A stretch of DNA of 64,000 nucleotides from an uncultured Prevotella sp. Lineage in GTDB: Bacteria > Bacteroidota > Bacteroidia > Bacteroidales > Bacteroidaceae. How positions within the stretch are numbered: the stretch's first letter is position 1; each line of letters opens with the position of its first letter. The notes below the pieces were generated by a model, which was given only the letters and a program-made list of their open reading frames with translations, made no database searches and was not told where the DNA came from. Positions 37,956 to 47,599 of this stretch are shown piece after piece. The DNA is taken from assembly GCA_946542565.1 (NCBI GenBank), contig CAMNKR010000001.1:2721-66720 (forward strand), given 5' to 3'. A program made the position numbers and the translations under genes.

Positions 37956-38717
37956 ATGGAGATAAGAGAGTACATCAGCCACCCCGAACGGCTCGACAAG
38001 GACACCTTGTACGAGCTGCGCTCCATGCTGGCCCTATACCCCTATTTCCAGACGGCTCGCCTGCTGCTGCTCTACAACCTGTATCTGCTGCACGATGCAA
38101 CGTTCGACGAAGAGCTGCGCCGTGCGGCCATCTACATTACCGACCGCAAAGTCATCTTCCAGTTTGTGGAGGCAGCCCACTACAAGCTGCCCACCAGGCA
38201 GGAAGAGCAGCCCGCAGCCCGACAGCCCGAGCGCAGCAGCCGCACCATGTCGCTCATTGAGAACTTCCTCGACTCCATACCCAAGGACGACGAAGAGGAA
38301 GAGCAGAAAAAGCCACGCCGTAAGCCGACACCTGCCGATGCGGCTGTTGACTATGTGGCCTACCTGTTAGAGACCGAGGAGGAGACGGCAGCCTCGGAGC
38401 AGGCAGAACAGACACCACTGCGCGGCCAGGAACTCATAGACAACTTCATCCGTCAGGACACGGGGCGCATAGTGCTCAACGAGACGCCCGAGTATGCACC
38501 CAGCGTTGCTACCGATGACGGAAAAGACGGTGAAGAGGAATATTTTACTGAGACTTTGGCCCGAATTTATGTTAAACAAGGGCGATATTCGAAGGCTTTG
38601 GAAATTATTCAGCGTTTAAGTTTGGCTTATCCAAAAAAAAATGCTTACTTTGCAGACCAAATTCGATTCTTACAGAAATTAATTATAAATAATAACAACA
38701 AAACAACAACAAAATGA
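37956..38717 (+). CDS. Tetratricopeptide-repeat-like protein
   Basis: YPYFQ, FTETLARIYVKQGRY..A, YFADQI. Confidence 0.8.
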   Translation: MEIREYISHPERLDKDTLYELRSMLALYPYFQTARLLLLYNLYLLHDATFDEELRRAAIYITDRKVIFQFVEAAHYKLPTRQEEQPAARQPERSSRTMSLIENFLDSIPKDDEEEEQKKPRRKPTPADAAVDYVAYLLETEEETAASEQAEQTPLRGQELIDNFIRQDTGRIVLNETPEYAPSVATDDGKDGEEEYFTETLARIYVKQGRYSKALEIIQRLSLAYPKKNAYFADQIRFLQKLIINNNNKTTTK

Positions 38718-39112
38718 CACTTTACACATTATTCGTAATCCTTATTGTGATTGCTGCCCTTCTCATGATCGGCATTGTTTTAATTCAGGAGTCCAAGGGA
38801 GGCGGTCTGGCCTCTAACTTTGCATCGTACAACCAGATAGGCGGTGTGCGCAAGACGACGGACTTCATCGAGAAAACTACGTGGGGCCTGGCTGCTGCCA
38901 TGGTCGTCATCAGCATTGTCTGCGCTTACGTGGCTCCGAAACCCACCATCGGCCACTCTGTGACTGAGGGCATCGAGGCTCCTGCCGCTAACCCCAACAC
39001 GCTGCCCGGTTTTGACGCCAGCCAGCAGAAGAAACAGGACGCTGCAGCTCCTGCTGCTGCCACCGAGGCTCCCGCTGCTGCCGAAAAGCCTGCCGCTCCC
39101 GCCAAGAAATAG
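38714..39112 (+). CDS. secG: Preprotein translocase subunit SecG
   Basis: VLIQESKGGGL, EKTTW, two TM helices. Confidence 0.92.
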   Translation: MTLYTLFVILIVIAALLMIGIVLIQESKGGGLASNFASYNQIGGVRKTTDFIEKTTWGLAAAMVVISIVCAYVAPKPTIGHSVTEGIEAPAANPNTLPGFDASQQKKQDAAAPAAATEAPAAAEKPAAPAKK

Positions 39113-39118
39113 TACTGA

Positions 39119-40030
39119 GTGATGAGCATGAAATCGGTTAAGTTACTGCTCTTGTCCGTCGTGGCTGCCATACTGACCAGTTGTGGCACCACTACGACGG
39201 TGCCCATTACGGGCCGCAGGCAGAACCTGATAGTCAGCGACCAGCAGGTGCTCAGCCTGAGCAACCAGCAGTACCAGCAGTATATGCAGTCGGCAAAGAA
39301 GTCAACCAACGCTGCCAACACGGCCATGGTGCAACGTGTAGGTCAGCGTTTGGCCAATGCCGTCGTGAGTTACCTCAATGCCAACGGACTTGGCGCAGAG
39401 GTGTCACAATACCAGTGGGAGTTCAACCTCGTACAGGACAACCAGGTTAACGCCTTCTGCATGCCCGGCGGAAAAATCGTTGTCTATGAAGGCCTGCTGC
39501 CCGTAACCAGAGACGAGGCCTCGTTGGCCGTTGTCTTGGGTCACGAGATAGCACACGCCGTAGCCAAACACTCGGCCGAGCGACTCTCCAATGCCTACAA
39601 GCAGCAGTATGGTCTGCAGGTCATCGGAGCCGTGGCTTCGGGGGTCGGCGTCAGTAACGAGATGCTACAGCTGGGGCAAATCGTGGCCTCGGCCGGCGGA
39701 CAGTTCTTTACGGCTGGCTTCTCGCGCAAGCAGGAGAGCGAGGCTGACCACATGGGACTCGTTTTTGCCGCCATGGCAGGTTACGACCCGAAGGTAGCCA
39801 TCAGTTTCTGGCAGCGCATGTCGCAGGCTACGGGCGGAGGTTCCAGCTCCCTGTTGAGTGACCACCCGTCGGATGCTGACCGCATCAAGAACCTGCAAGG
39901 CTGGATGGCCGAGGCGCAGCGCTACTACAAACCCGCCACGACGACAACCACCACAAGCACCACCACTACTACCACTTCTACAAAGAAGAATACGAAGACT
40001 ACCAAGAAGACTACGAAAAAGAAGAAGTAG
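39119..40030 (+). CDS. M48-family metallopeptidase lipoprotein
   Basis: NAFCMPGG, HEIAH, SRKQESEAD, HPS. Thr/Lys-rich tail. Confidence 0.92.
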   Translation: MMSMKSVKLLLLSVVAAILTSCGTTTTVPITGRRQNLIVSDQQVLSLSNQQYQQYMQSAKKSTNAANTAMVQRVGQRLANAVVSYLNANGLGAEVSQYQWEFNLVQDNQVNAFCMPGGKIVVYEGLLPVTRDEASLAVVLGHEIAHAVAKHSAERLSNAYKQQYGLQVIGAVASGVGVSNEMLQLGQIVASAGGQFFTAGFSRKQESEADHMGLVFAAMAGYDPKVAISFWQRMSQATGGGSSSLLSDHPSDADRIKNLQGWMAEAQRYYKPATTTTTTSTTTTTTSTKKNTKTTKKTTKKKK

Positions 40031-40039
40031 CCCCACAAC

Positions 40040-41443
40040 ATGTATAAAAAGACGCTATTCATGTCTCTCTGCCTGTTTGCTGCGCTGTCTGTGTCAGCAC
40101 AAAGCGGGCAGGGAGGCATTTCTGTTGACATGCTCAACACCATACGTCAGCAGCAGACAACCACGGCGGCCGACCGTGCACTACGTAACGCCATAGCGGC
40201 CAACGCCATCGACAACCTGGCACAGAACTACCTGAACGCTGGCGAGGTTGACGACCACTTCAGCGTGGAAACCAAGAAGCAAAGCATCACCGACCAGAAG
40301 TCGAGCGGCCGCTGCTGGATGTTCAGCGGCCTGAACGTGCTCAGGGCCAACTTTGCCAAGCGGACGGACTCGCTCCGTGTGGAGTTCTCGCAGGACTACC
40401 TGTTCTTCTGGGACCAGCTGGAGAAGTCAAATCTCTTCCTGCAGGGCGTCATCGATACAGCCCTCAAGCCCATGGACGACCAGCGCGTGCAGTTCTTCTT
40501 CAAGAATCCGCTCAGCGATGGCGGCACCTTCTGCGGCGTGGCCGACCTGACGGCGAAATACGGCTTGGTGCCTAAGGCCGTCATGCCCGAAACGTTCTCG
40601 GCTGACAACACTTCGAAGATGTCGCGGCTCATCGACTCCAAGCTGCGCGAGTTCGGGCTCGAGCTGCGCGACATGGTGGCTCAGGGCAGGAAAGCTGCTG
40701 ACATAGAGAAACGTAAGACAGAGATGCTGGGCGTCATCTACCACATGCTGGTGTTGACCCTTGGAGAGCCGCCCACGCAGTTCACCTACGCCTTCCGTGG
40801 CCAGAGCGGAGAAACCGTCGGCCAGCCCCGTCAGTTTACCCCACAGTCGTTCTACGCTGAAGTGGTGGGGCAGCCTCTGAACGGCACCTTCATCATGGTG
40901 ATGAACGACCCGCGCCGGCCTTACCATAAGACCTACGAGGTAGAGTACGACCGTCACACCTATGACGGGCATAACTGGAAGTACCTGAACCTGCCTATGG
41001 ACGAGATTGAGCAGCTGGCCATAGCCTCGCTGAAGGACGGGCGCAAGCTCTACAGCTCGTACGACGTAGGCAAGTTTCTTGACCGCAAGCGCGGACTCTG
41101 CGACTTGAAGAACTTCGACTACGAGTCGCTCTTTGGCACGACGTTCTCCATGAACAAGGCGCAGCGCATAGCCACCTTCGACAGCGGTTCTACCCACGCC
41201 ATGACGCTGACAGCCGTTGACCTTGATGCCGAGGGCAAGCCCCTGAAGTGGAAGGTGGAAAACTCCTGGGGAGCCTCTTACGGCCAGGAGGGCTGTCTCA
41301 TCATGACGGCCGAGTGGTTCCGCGAGTTCATGTTTCGGCTGGTGGTTGACAAGCAGTACGTGCCCCAGAACCTGCTACGGCTCAGCGAGCAGACACCCGT
41401 CATGGTCATGCCCGAAGACCCCCTCTTCGTGGCTGACGAATAA
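40040..41443 (+). CDS. C1B cysteine aminopeptidase (bleomycin hydrolase/PepC-like)
   Basis: QKSSGRCW, THAM, WKVENSWG. Confidence 0.92.
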   Translation: MYKKTLFMSLCLFAALSVSAQSGQGGISVDMLNTIRQQQTTTAADRALRNAIAANAIDNLAQNYLNAGEVDDHFSVETKKQSITDQKSSGRCWMFSGLNVLRANFAKRTDSLRVEFSQDYLFFWDQLEKSNLFLQGVIDTALKPMDDQRVQFFFKNPLSDGGTFCGVADLTAKYGLVPKAVMPETFSADNTSKMSRLIDSKLREFGLELRDMVAQGRKAADIEKRKTEMLGVIYHMLVLTLGEPPTQFTYAFRGQSGETVGQPRQFTPQSFYAEVVGQPLNGTFIMVMNDPRRPYHKTYEVEYDRHTYDGHNWKYLNLPMDEIEQLAIASLKDGRKLYSSYDVGKFLDRKRGLCDLKNFDYESLFGTTFSMNKAQRIATFDSGSTHAMTLTAVDLDAEGKPLKWKVENSWGASYGQEGCLIMTAEWFREFMFRLVVDKQYVPQNLLRLSEQTPVMVMPEDPLFVADE

Positions 41444-41467
41444 TGTGAAGAAAAAGCAATAGCCAAA

Positions 41468-42313
41468 ATGAAATACTGCTCATCACTCCTGCTTCTCGCC
41501 GTTCTCATGCTGGCGTGCAAGCCCGCTACGGCACCCTCAGACAACGTTCAACGTGACACGCTAACGGCTTCTGCATTAGCCACATACGGCACTGCGTCGG
41601 TAAAGCCGACTGGCTTGGAAATACCTAAGACCCTGCGTGGCGACGAGGGCCAGATACTGCGTCGGACAGGCTACACCGCGTCGTACAACGCCCGCAACCG
41701 CATACCCAACTGGGTAGCCTGGCACCTGCCTGCCAACCACGTGGCCGGACGCTACAACCGTAACAACGAGTCGTTCCACGAGGACACCGAGGTCAGCAAC
41801 CCCCGGGCCTACGACTCTGACTACCGAGGCTCTGGCTATGATCGTGGCCACATGTGCCCATCGGGCGACAACAAGTGGAGTAGGGAAGCGCAAGAACAGA
41901 GCTTCCTCTTTACCAACATCTGTCCTCAGCGCCACAACCTCAATACTGGCGCGTGGAACGACCTGGAACTGCAGTGCCGGGCCTGGGCCAAGCGCTACGG
42001 CGACCTCTACATCGTCTGTGGCCCCGTGCTCTTAGATGAGCCGCACCGCACCATAGGCCGCAACCGCGTGGTAGTGCCCGAAGCCTTCTTCAAGGTAGTA
42101 CTGCGCAAGCAGAACAACTACTACAAGGCCATCGGCTTCCTCTACGAGCACCGGGGAGCTTTGCGCGACATGAGCCGATACGTACGCAGCGTTGACGAAA
42201 TAGAGGAACTTACCGGTTTGGACTTCTTCTCAGAACTTGCTGACAACATAGAAAGCAAGATAGAGCAACAAGCCGAACTGCGCGACTGGTACCCCCTTCG
42301 TGAAATAAAATAG
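41468..42313 (+). CDS. DNA/RNA non-specific endonuclease (lipoprotein)
   Basis: YDRGHMCP, NICPQ...LN.G.W..LE, lipobox LAC. Confidence 0.92.
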   Translation: MKYCSSLLLLAVLMLACKPATAPSDNVQRDTLTASALATYGTASVKPTGLEIPKTLRGDEGQILRRTGYTASYNARNRIPNWVAWHLPANHVAGRYNRNNESFHEDTEVSNPRAYDSDYRGSGYDRGHMCPSGDNKWSREAQEQSFLFTNICPQRHNLNTGAWNDLELQCRAWAKRYGDLYIVCGPVLLDEPHRTIGRNRVVVPEAFFKVVLRKQNNYYKAIGFLYEHRGALRDMSRYVRSVDEIEELTGLDFFSELADNIESKIEQQAELRDWYPLREIK

Positions 42314-42389
42314 GATACCTGCGCTTGTCTTCCTCCGAGAAAAGATAGAGGTCATAGCGTGAGTAGTCATTAAATTGGTAGGTATTATT

Positions 42390-42573
42390 ATGGAATTCAG
42401 AGTAATGAGACGCCATCGCCCGAATCCTCGGCAACCGCTACAATCCGAACCAGGAGGAGGCCCTGCAAAAGGAACTGGAACACGGCCTCGCCCGTATGCT
42501 CGCCGTCCGACTGGACATTGAGCATCTGACGGGCAAGGAAGCAATAGAGCTGGTAAGACAAAGAGCAGAATAA
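42390..42573 (+). pseudogene. Internally deleted nim-like (nitroimidazole reductase / pyridoxamine-phosphate oxidase family) remnant
   Basis: ATG 42390 reads MEFRVMRRHR. From 42421 another frame reads RILGNRYNPNQEEALQKELEHGLARMLAVRLDIEHLTGKEAIELVRQRAE*. Confidence 0.75.
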
Positions 42574-42618
42574 GAAAGCCACTATATTAATCAAGTGGCG
42601 GTTACGCACGACGTTTCT

Positions 42619-43389
42619 CTAAACGACGGGTCGGAACGAGACGCAGCTGCGGCAGCACTCGGTGCCGTCGGTGCGGAGTGTGCGCACGGAGTACTCGTCG
42701 GGCCCCGTCTGCTCACGGTAGAAGCTGAGCTCGTCGCCGCCGTGGGCTTCGGCCACGTAGGCTATCTCGAAGCGCTTGACGCTGTGCTCGCGGTACCACT
42801 CTAAGGGCCAGAGGTCCAGTACGTGTTCAATGTACTTCACGCTGTTGATGTGGCCGTTGATGTCCACGTCGTTGTAGTGGGTCTGCAGGGTGCCGATGAG
42901 TTCAGCCTGGTCGCTCATGCGTACGCGTCCGCCCTTCTGTATGGGGCAGTCCTTGTCTTTGACAATCCAGTGGTCAATGGCTCCGTTGTCTATGTCGTAG
43001 ATGTCGGTTGGCTGTCGGGTCTCGGTGTCTATCATGGCCCAGATGCTGCGTCCGTAGCCGTATATTTTGGCGGGGGCCCCGTCGGGTGCTGTGGGCTGCC
43101 CAATGACCGCGAAGTTGCGGCTGGTGAAGTAGCGCATGGCCGACTCCACCCAGGTATCAACGCTGAAGCGGGTGTACATGGGGGGCATTTCGGTCATTTC
43201 GATGGCCAGGCGCGAGAGAACCCATGAGCGCTTGATGCTCAGCAGGTACTTCATGCCGAAGCCACGGTCGGTAGAGTGGAAGTCGGCCGCATTGAGCAGG
43301 TGGTTGCCCAGGTGTCCCATAAAGAGTCGGCCGCTGAAGTCGCAGTGGAACGGCTCGGCCATGAAGTCGTAGTGTCCTATCTTATCCAT
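42619..43389 (-). CDS. Acyl-ACP thioesterase
   Basis: WVLSRL, DVDINGHINSVKY, double hot-dog size. Confidence 0.9.
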   Translation of the reverse strand: MDKIGHYDFMAEPFHCDFSGRLFMGHLGNHLLNAADFHSTDRGFGMKYLLSIKRSWVLSRLAIEMTEMPPMYTRFSVDTWVESAMRYFTSRNFAVIGQPTAPDGAPAKIYGYGRSIWAMIDTETRQPTDIYDIDNGAIDHWIVKDKDCPIQKGGRVRMSDQAELIGTLQTHYNDVDINGHINSVKYIEHVLDLWPLEWYREHSVKRFEIAYVAEAHGGDELSFYREQTGPDEYSVRTLRTDGTECCRSCVSFRPVV

Positions 43390-43924
43390 GATGTTTTTCC
43401 CTTTCTTCTAAGAATTCGCTGACTTGTTCCTGTTTGGCTCGGGTGACGGCTATGCGCCCCGAACGCGTATATTGCAGCACGCAGCCGAACTGGTTGAGTG
43501 CCTCGTAGAGCTTGAGAATGTCCTCCGTCTTGCCGTTCTTCATGACCACGGTGTAGGTTGGGTTAACCTCCATGATGGCCGCGTCGTTACGGCGTATGGT
43601 TCGCGATATTTCGGGGTTCTGTAGCACCTGTTCGGTGGCAAGCTTGTAGAGTCCCGACTCGCGTATGAAGAGCTGTTCGTCAGTGAAGTAGTTGGCCTTG
43701 ATGACGTCAATCTTCTTCTCTATCTGGCGCGTAATCTTCTGTATCTGGTCTTCGTCGCTCCATGCCGTGATGGTGTATTTGTGTACGCCCTCGATGCTCG
43801 ATGCCGACACGTTGAGGCTCTCAATGTTGACCTGGCGGCGTGTAAAGACGGCCGTTATCTGGTTGAGGATACCGGCTATGTTCTCCGAATATACCAGCAG
43901 GGTGTATAGCTTGTTGTTCTCCAT
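43382..43924 (-). CDS. ilvN: Acetolactate synthase small subunit
   Basis: EN.AGILNQITAVFTRRQVNIESL, RSGRIA. Confidence 0.93.
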   Translation of the reverse strand: MENNKLYTLLVYSENIAGILNQITAVFTRRQVNIESLNVSASSIEGVHKYTITAWSDEDQIQKITRQIEKKIDVIKANYFTDEQLFIRESGLYKLATEQVLQNPEISRTIRRNDAAIMEVNPTYTVVMKNGKTEDILKLYEALNQFGCVLQYTRSGRIAVTRAKQEQVSEFLEEREKHHG

Positions 43925-43945
43925 AAATAAATATGTAATGAGTAA

Positions 43946-45652
43946 TTATATTTCTAACATCATCTGGTCCACGTTCATGCCCGGCGGCGTCATTGGCAGC
44001 ACGTTGTCTTCCTCCATGATGGCACACTCCAGCAGGTAGGGGCCTGGCGTCGAGAGCATCTTGCGTATGGCCTCGGTGAGCCGGTCGCGCTCGGTGAGGG
44101 CTTCGTAGCCGATGTTGTAGGCACGGGCAATGAGTTCGTAGTCGGGGTTGAGCATGCGGGTGAACGACTTGCGCTTCATCCAGAACATGTCCTGCCACTG
44201 GCGCACGTTGCCCAGGTAGTGGTTGTTCAGCAGAATCATCTTGACGGGAGCCTTCTGCTCCATGATGGTGCCCAACTCCTCGATACACATCTGGAAACCG
44301 CCGTCGCCCATGAAGCAGCAGACACAGCGCTCAGTGGCAAAGGTGGCACCGATGGCTGCCGGCAGGCCGTAACCCATGGTGCCCAGTCCGCCCGAGGTGC
44401 AGATGCTGCGCTTCTCGGGGTAGCGGAAGTAGCGTGTGGCAAAGAGCTGGTTCTGCCCCACGTCGGTGACGAGCACGGTGCCGCGTGGAGCCTCTTCGGC
44501 CACGGCGTTCACCACTTCGCCCATTTTCAGCGGGCCCTCCTTGGGGTGAATGGCGGGCTCAATGACCTTCTGACGCTCCAGCTGGTCAAGCTCGCGGAAC
44601 GACTCGCGCCACTCCTTGTGACTGCCCGGGTGAACGAGGGCGGTCAGCGCGGGCAGCGACTCTTTGCAGTCGGCCACCACGGCCACGTCGGTCTTGACGT
44701 TCTTGTCTATCTCGCTGCGGTCAATGTCCAGGTGGATAATTTTGGCCTGCTTGGCATAGGTCTTCAGGTTGCCCGTCACGCGGTCGGAGAAGCGCATGCC
44801 GATGGCTATGAGCACGTCGCACTGCTGCTCCTTCAGGTTGACGGCGTAGTTGCCGTGCATACCCAGCATGCCAGCATTGAGCGGGTGGTCAGAAGGCAGG
44901 GCCGAGAGTCCCAGCATGGTGCGGCCGGCGGGTATGTCGGCCTTCTCGAGAAATGCCTTCAGCTCCTCCTGGGCGTTGCCCAGTTCCACGCCCTGACCCA
45001 CCAGGGCCAAGGGGCGCTTCGCCTCGTTGATGAGCTTGGCCGCCTGATGGAGTGCTTCGGGGTTGAGCGGCGGGGCAGCTACGTAGGAGCGCACGAAGTC
45101 CACCTTGCGGGGCTCCCAGTCAATCTCCTCCACCTGGGCGTTGCGCGGAAAGTCAAGCACCACGGGGCCTGGGCGACCGCTTCGGGCTATGTAGAACGCG
45201 CGGCTCACCGCCCACGCCACGTCTTCGGCATGGCGTATCTGGTAGCTCCATTTCGAAATGGGTTGTGCCACGCCTACGAGGTCAACCTCCTGGAACGCAT
45301 CGGTACCCAGCGCCCCGATAGCCACCTGCCCGGCAATAACCACCAGAGGCGTAGAGTCGAGCATGGCGTCGGCTACACCCGTCAGCGTGTTGGTGGCTCC
45401 GGGGCCGCTGGTCACCAGGGCTACGCCTACCTCGCCGCTTACGCGGGCATAGCCCTCGGCGGCGTGTACGGCTCCCTGCTCGTGGCGCACGAGGATGTGG
45501 TCAAAACATTTTTTCACACCGCGCGTGTAGTCGAACAGCGCGTCGTAAGTGGGCATGATGGAGCCTCCGGGGTAGCCGAAGATGGTCTTCACGCCCTCGG
45601 CTTGCAGTGCGCGCATCAGTGCTTTGGCTCCTGTTATTCTGTCTCTTAGCAT
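43946..45652 (-). CDS. ilvB: Acetolactate synthase large subunit
   Basis: FGYPGG, RHEQGA, TSGPGATN, SGGLGTMG, GDGGFQM. Confidence 0.95.
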   Translation of the reverse strand: MLRDRITGAKALMRALQAEGVKTIFGYPGGSIMPTYDALFDYTRGVKKCFDHILVRHEQGAVHAAEGYARVSGEVGVALVTSGPGATNTLTGVADAMLDSTPLVVIAGQVAIGALGTDAFQEVDLVGVAQPISKWSYQIRHAEDVAWAVSRAFYIARSGRPGPVVLDFPRNAQVEEIDWEPRKVDFVRSYVAAPPLNPEALHQAAKLINEAKRPLALVGQGVELGNAQEELKAFLEKADIPAGRTMLGLSALPSDHPLNAGMLGMHGNYAVNLKEQQCDVLIAIGMRFSDRVTGNLKTYAKQAKIIHLDIDRSEIDKNVKTDVAVVADCKESLPALTALVHPGSHKEWRESFRELDQLERQKVIEPAIHPKEGPLKMGEVVNAVAEEAPRGTVLVTDVGQNQLFATRYFRYPEKRSICTSGGLGTMGYGLPAAIGATFATERCVCCFMGDGGFQMCIEELGTIMEQKAPVKMILLNNHYLGNVRQWQDMFWMKRKSFTRMLNPDYELIARAYNIGYEALTERDRLTEAIRKMLSTPGPYLLECAIMEEDNVLPMTPPGMNVDQMMLEI

Positions 45653-45696
45653 AGTTCTTTCTTTTTTTTGTGGGCTCATGGGGCTTATGGGCCGCC

Positions 45697-47520
45697 TTAA
45701 TCAATGATTCTCACTCCACCCTTGTCAGCCGAGCTGACGCTCTGGGCGTAGGCACGCAGGGCCTTGCTCACCTGGCGCTGGCGCTTCAGCGGCTGCTGGG
45801 AGCGGGCTGCCAGTTCCTCGTCGGAGAGCTTCACGTTGATGGAGCGCGAGGGAATGTCGATGACGATGATGTCGCCGTCCTTCAGTTTGCCGATGTTGCC
45901 GCCGTTGGCAGCCTCGGGCGAAATGTGGCCAATGGAGAGTCCGCTCGTGCCACCCGAGAAACGGCCGTCAGTAATGAGCGCACACTCCTTGCCCAGGTGC
46001 ATGCTCTTGATATAAGAGGTAGGGTAGAGCATTTCCTGCATGCCGGGACCGCCCTTGGGGCCTTCGTGGGTGATGACCACGCAGTCGCCGCTCTTCACAC
46101 GGCCGCCCAGAATGCCCTCGCAGGCATCCTCCTGCGAATCGAAGCAGACGGCGGGACCCTCGAAGTGCCACAACGCCTCATCGACGCCAGCCGTCTTCAC
46201 CACACAGCCGTCTTGGGCGATGTTGCCAAAGAGCACAGCTAAGCCGCCGTCGCGGGTGTAGGCATGCTCTATGTCGCGTATGCAGCCGCCCGTGCGGTCA
46301 GTGTCAAACGAGGGGTACATCTCTGACTGAGACCCCATCTTGGTTGAGAAACGGCCAGCGGGTGCACAGAGGTAAATGGAGGAAGGAGAAAGGAGTAAGG
46401 AGGAAGGAGAAAGGTCTTCTTCCCTTCTTGTAATGTCGTAAAGCTTCATGGCTTCGTCCAGTGTCAGCCCGTCCACGCGCTTGCAGCTGCCGTCAATGAG
46501 ATGGCCCTTGCTGAGCTCGTTCATAATGCCGAGTATGCCGCCGGCGCGGTTGCACTCCTGCACGCTGTACTTCTGCGTGTTGGGAGCCAGCTTGCAGAGG
46601 CAGGGCGTCTTGCGCGAAAGTTGGTCAATATCCTTCATCGAGAAGTTGACACCAGCCTCCTGGGCAACAGCCAGCAGGTGGAGCACGGTGTTGGTCGAAC
46701 CGCCCATGGCAATGTCGAGCGTCATGGCGTTCAGAAAGGCCTGACGGGTGGCAATGCTGCGGGGAAGCACCGTTTCGTCGCCGTCTTCGTAGTATGCCAG
46801 TGCGTTCTTTACAATCTGGCGGGCAGCCTTGCGGAAGAGTTCTACGCGCTGGGTGTGGGTGGCCAGAATGGTTCCGTTGCCGGGCAGCGAGAGTCCGATG
46901 GCCTCGGTCAGCGAGTTCATGGAGTTGGCGGTAAACATGCCTGAGCACGAACCGCAGCCAGGACAGGCACACTGCTCAATCTCGTTCAGTTCATCGTCGC
47001 TCACCGTGGGGTCGGCACCTTTCACCATGGCCGTGATGAGGTCGGCATTCTCGCCCCTCCAGCGGCCGGCCTCCATGGGTCCGCCCGAACAGAAGACGGT
47101 GGGAATGTTCAGTCGCATGGAGGCCATGAGCATGCCCGGCGTCACCTTGTCGCAGTTGGAGATGCAGATCATGGCGTCGGCCTTGTGGGCATTGACCATG
47201 TACTCTACCGAGTCGGCTATGATGTCGCGCGAGGGTAACGAGTACAGCATGCCGTCGTGACCCATGGCGATGCCGTCGTCGATGGCGATCGTGTTAAATT
47301 CGGCGGCATAGCAGCCCATCTTCTCAATCTCCTCGCGCACTATCTGGCCTATTTCGTGAAGGTGGGTATGCCCCGGGACGAACTGCGTAAACGAGTTGAC
47401 GACGGCAATGATAGGCCGTCCGAACTGCTCGTGTTTCATACCGGTGGCTACCCAGAGCGCACGGGCTCCGGCCATTCTTCTCCCTTCTGTGCATACCGCA
47501 CTGCGTAACTGATGCTTCAT
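45697..47520 (-). CDS. ilvD: Dihydroxy-acid dehydratase
   Basis: [36 protein letters not shown]. Confidence 0.96.
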   Translation of the reverse strand: MKHQLRSAVCTEGRRMAGARALWVATGMKHEQFGRPIIAVVNSFTQFVPGHTHLHEIGQIVREEIEKMGCYAAEFNTIAIDDGIAMGHDGMLYSLPSRDIIADSVEYMVNAHKADAMICISNCDKVTPGMLMASMRLNIPTVFCSGGPMEAGRWRGENADLITAMVKGADPTVSDDELNEIEQCACPGCGSCSGMFTANSMNSLTEAIGLSLPGNGTILATHTQRVELFRKAARQIVKNALAYYEDGDETVLPRSIATRQAFLNAMTLDIAMGGSTNTVLHLLAVAQEAGVNFSMKDIDQLSRKTPCLCKLAPNTQKYSVQECNRAGGILGIMNELSKGHLIDGSCKRVDGLTLDEAMKLYDITRREEDLSPSSLLLSPSSIYLCAPAGRFSTKMGSQSEMYPSFDTDRTGGCIRDIEHAYTRDGGLAVLFGNIAQDGCVVKTAGVDEALWHFEGPAVCFDSQEDACEGILGGRVKSGDCVVITHEGPKGGPGMQEMLYPTSYIKSMHLGKECALITDGRFSGGTSGLSIGHISPEAANGGNIGKLKDGDIIVIDIPSRSINVKLSDEELAARSQQPLKRQRQVSKALRAYAQSVSSADKGGVRIID

Positions 47521-47599
47521 TTTTTTGTGGCTATTATTAACAATTAAGGTGCAAAATTACACCTTTTTATAATAATAGCCAACTAAATAACCGTTTTTT

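Noticed and set aside
42210-42609. Minus-strand ORFs 42397-42609, 42230-42544 and 42210-42434
   Set aside because: No recognisable motifs. The plus-strand nim-like relic explains the region better.
44219-45649. Long antisense ORFs (also 36188-37399, 49009-50334, 25658-26686, 23341-24234)
   Set aside because: Shadow frames of well-supported genes, expected with biased codon usage.
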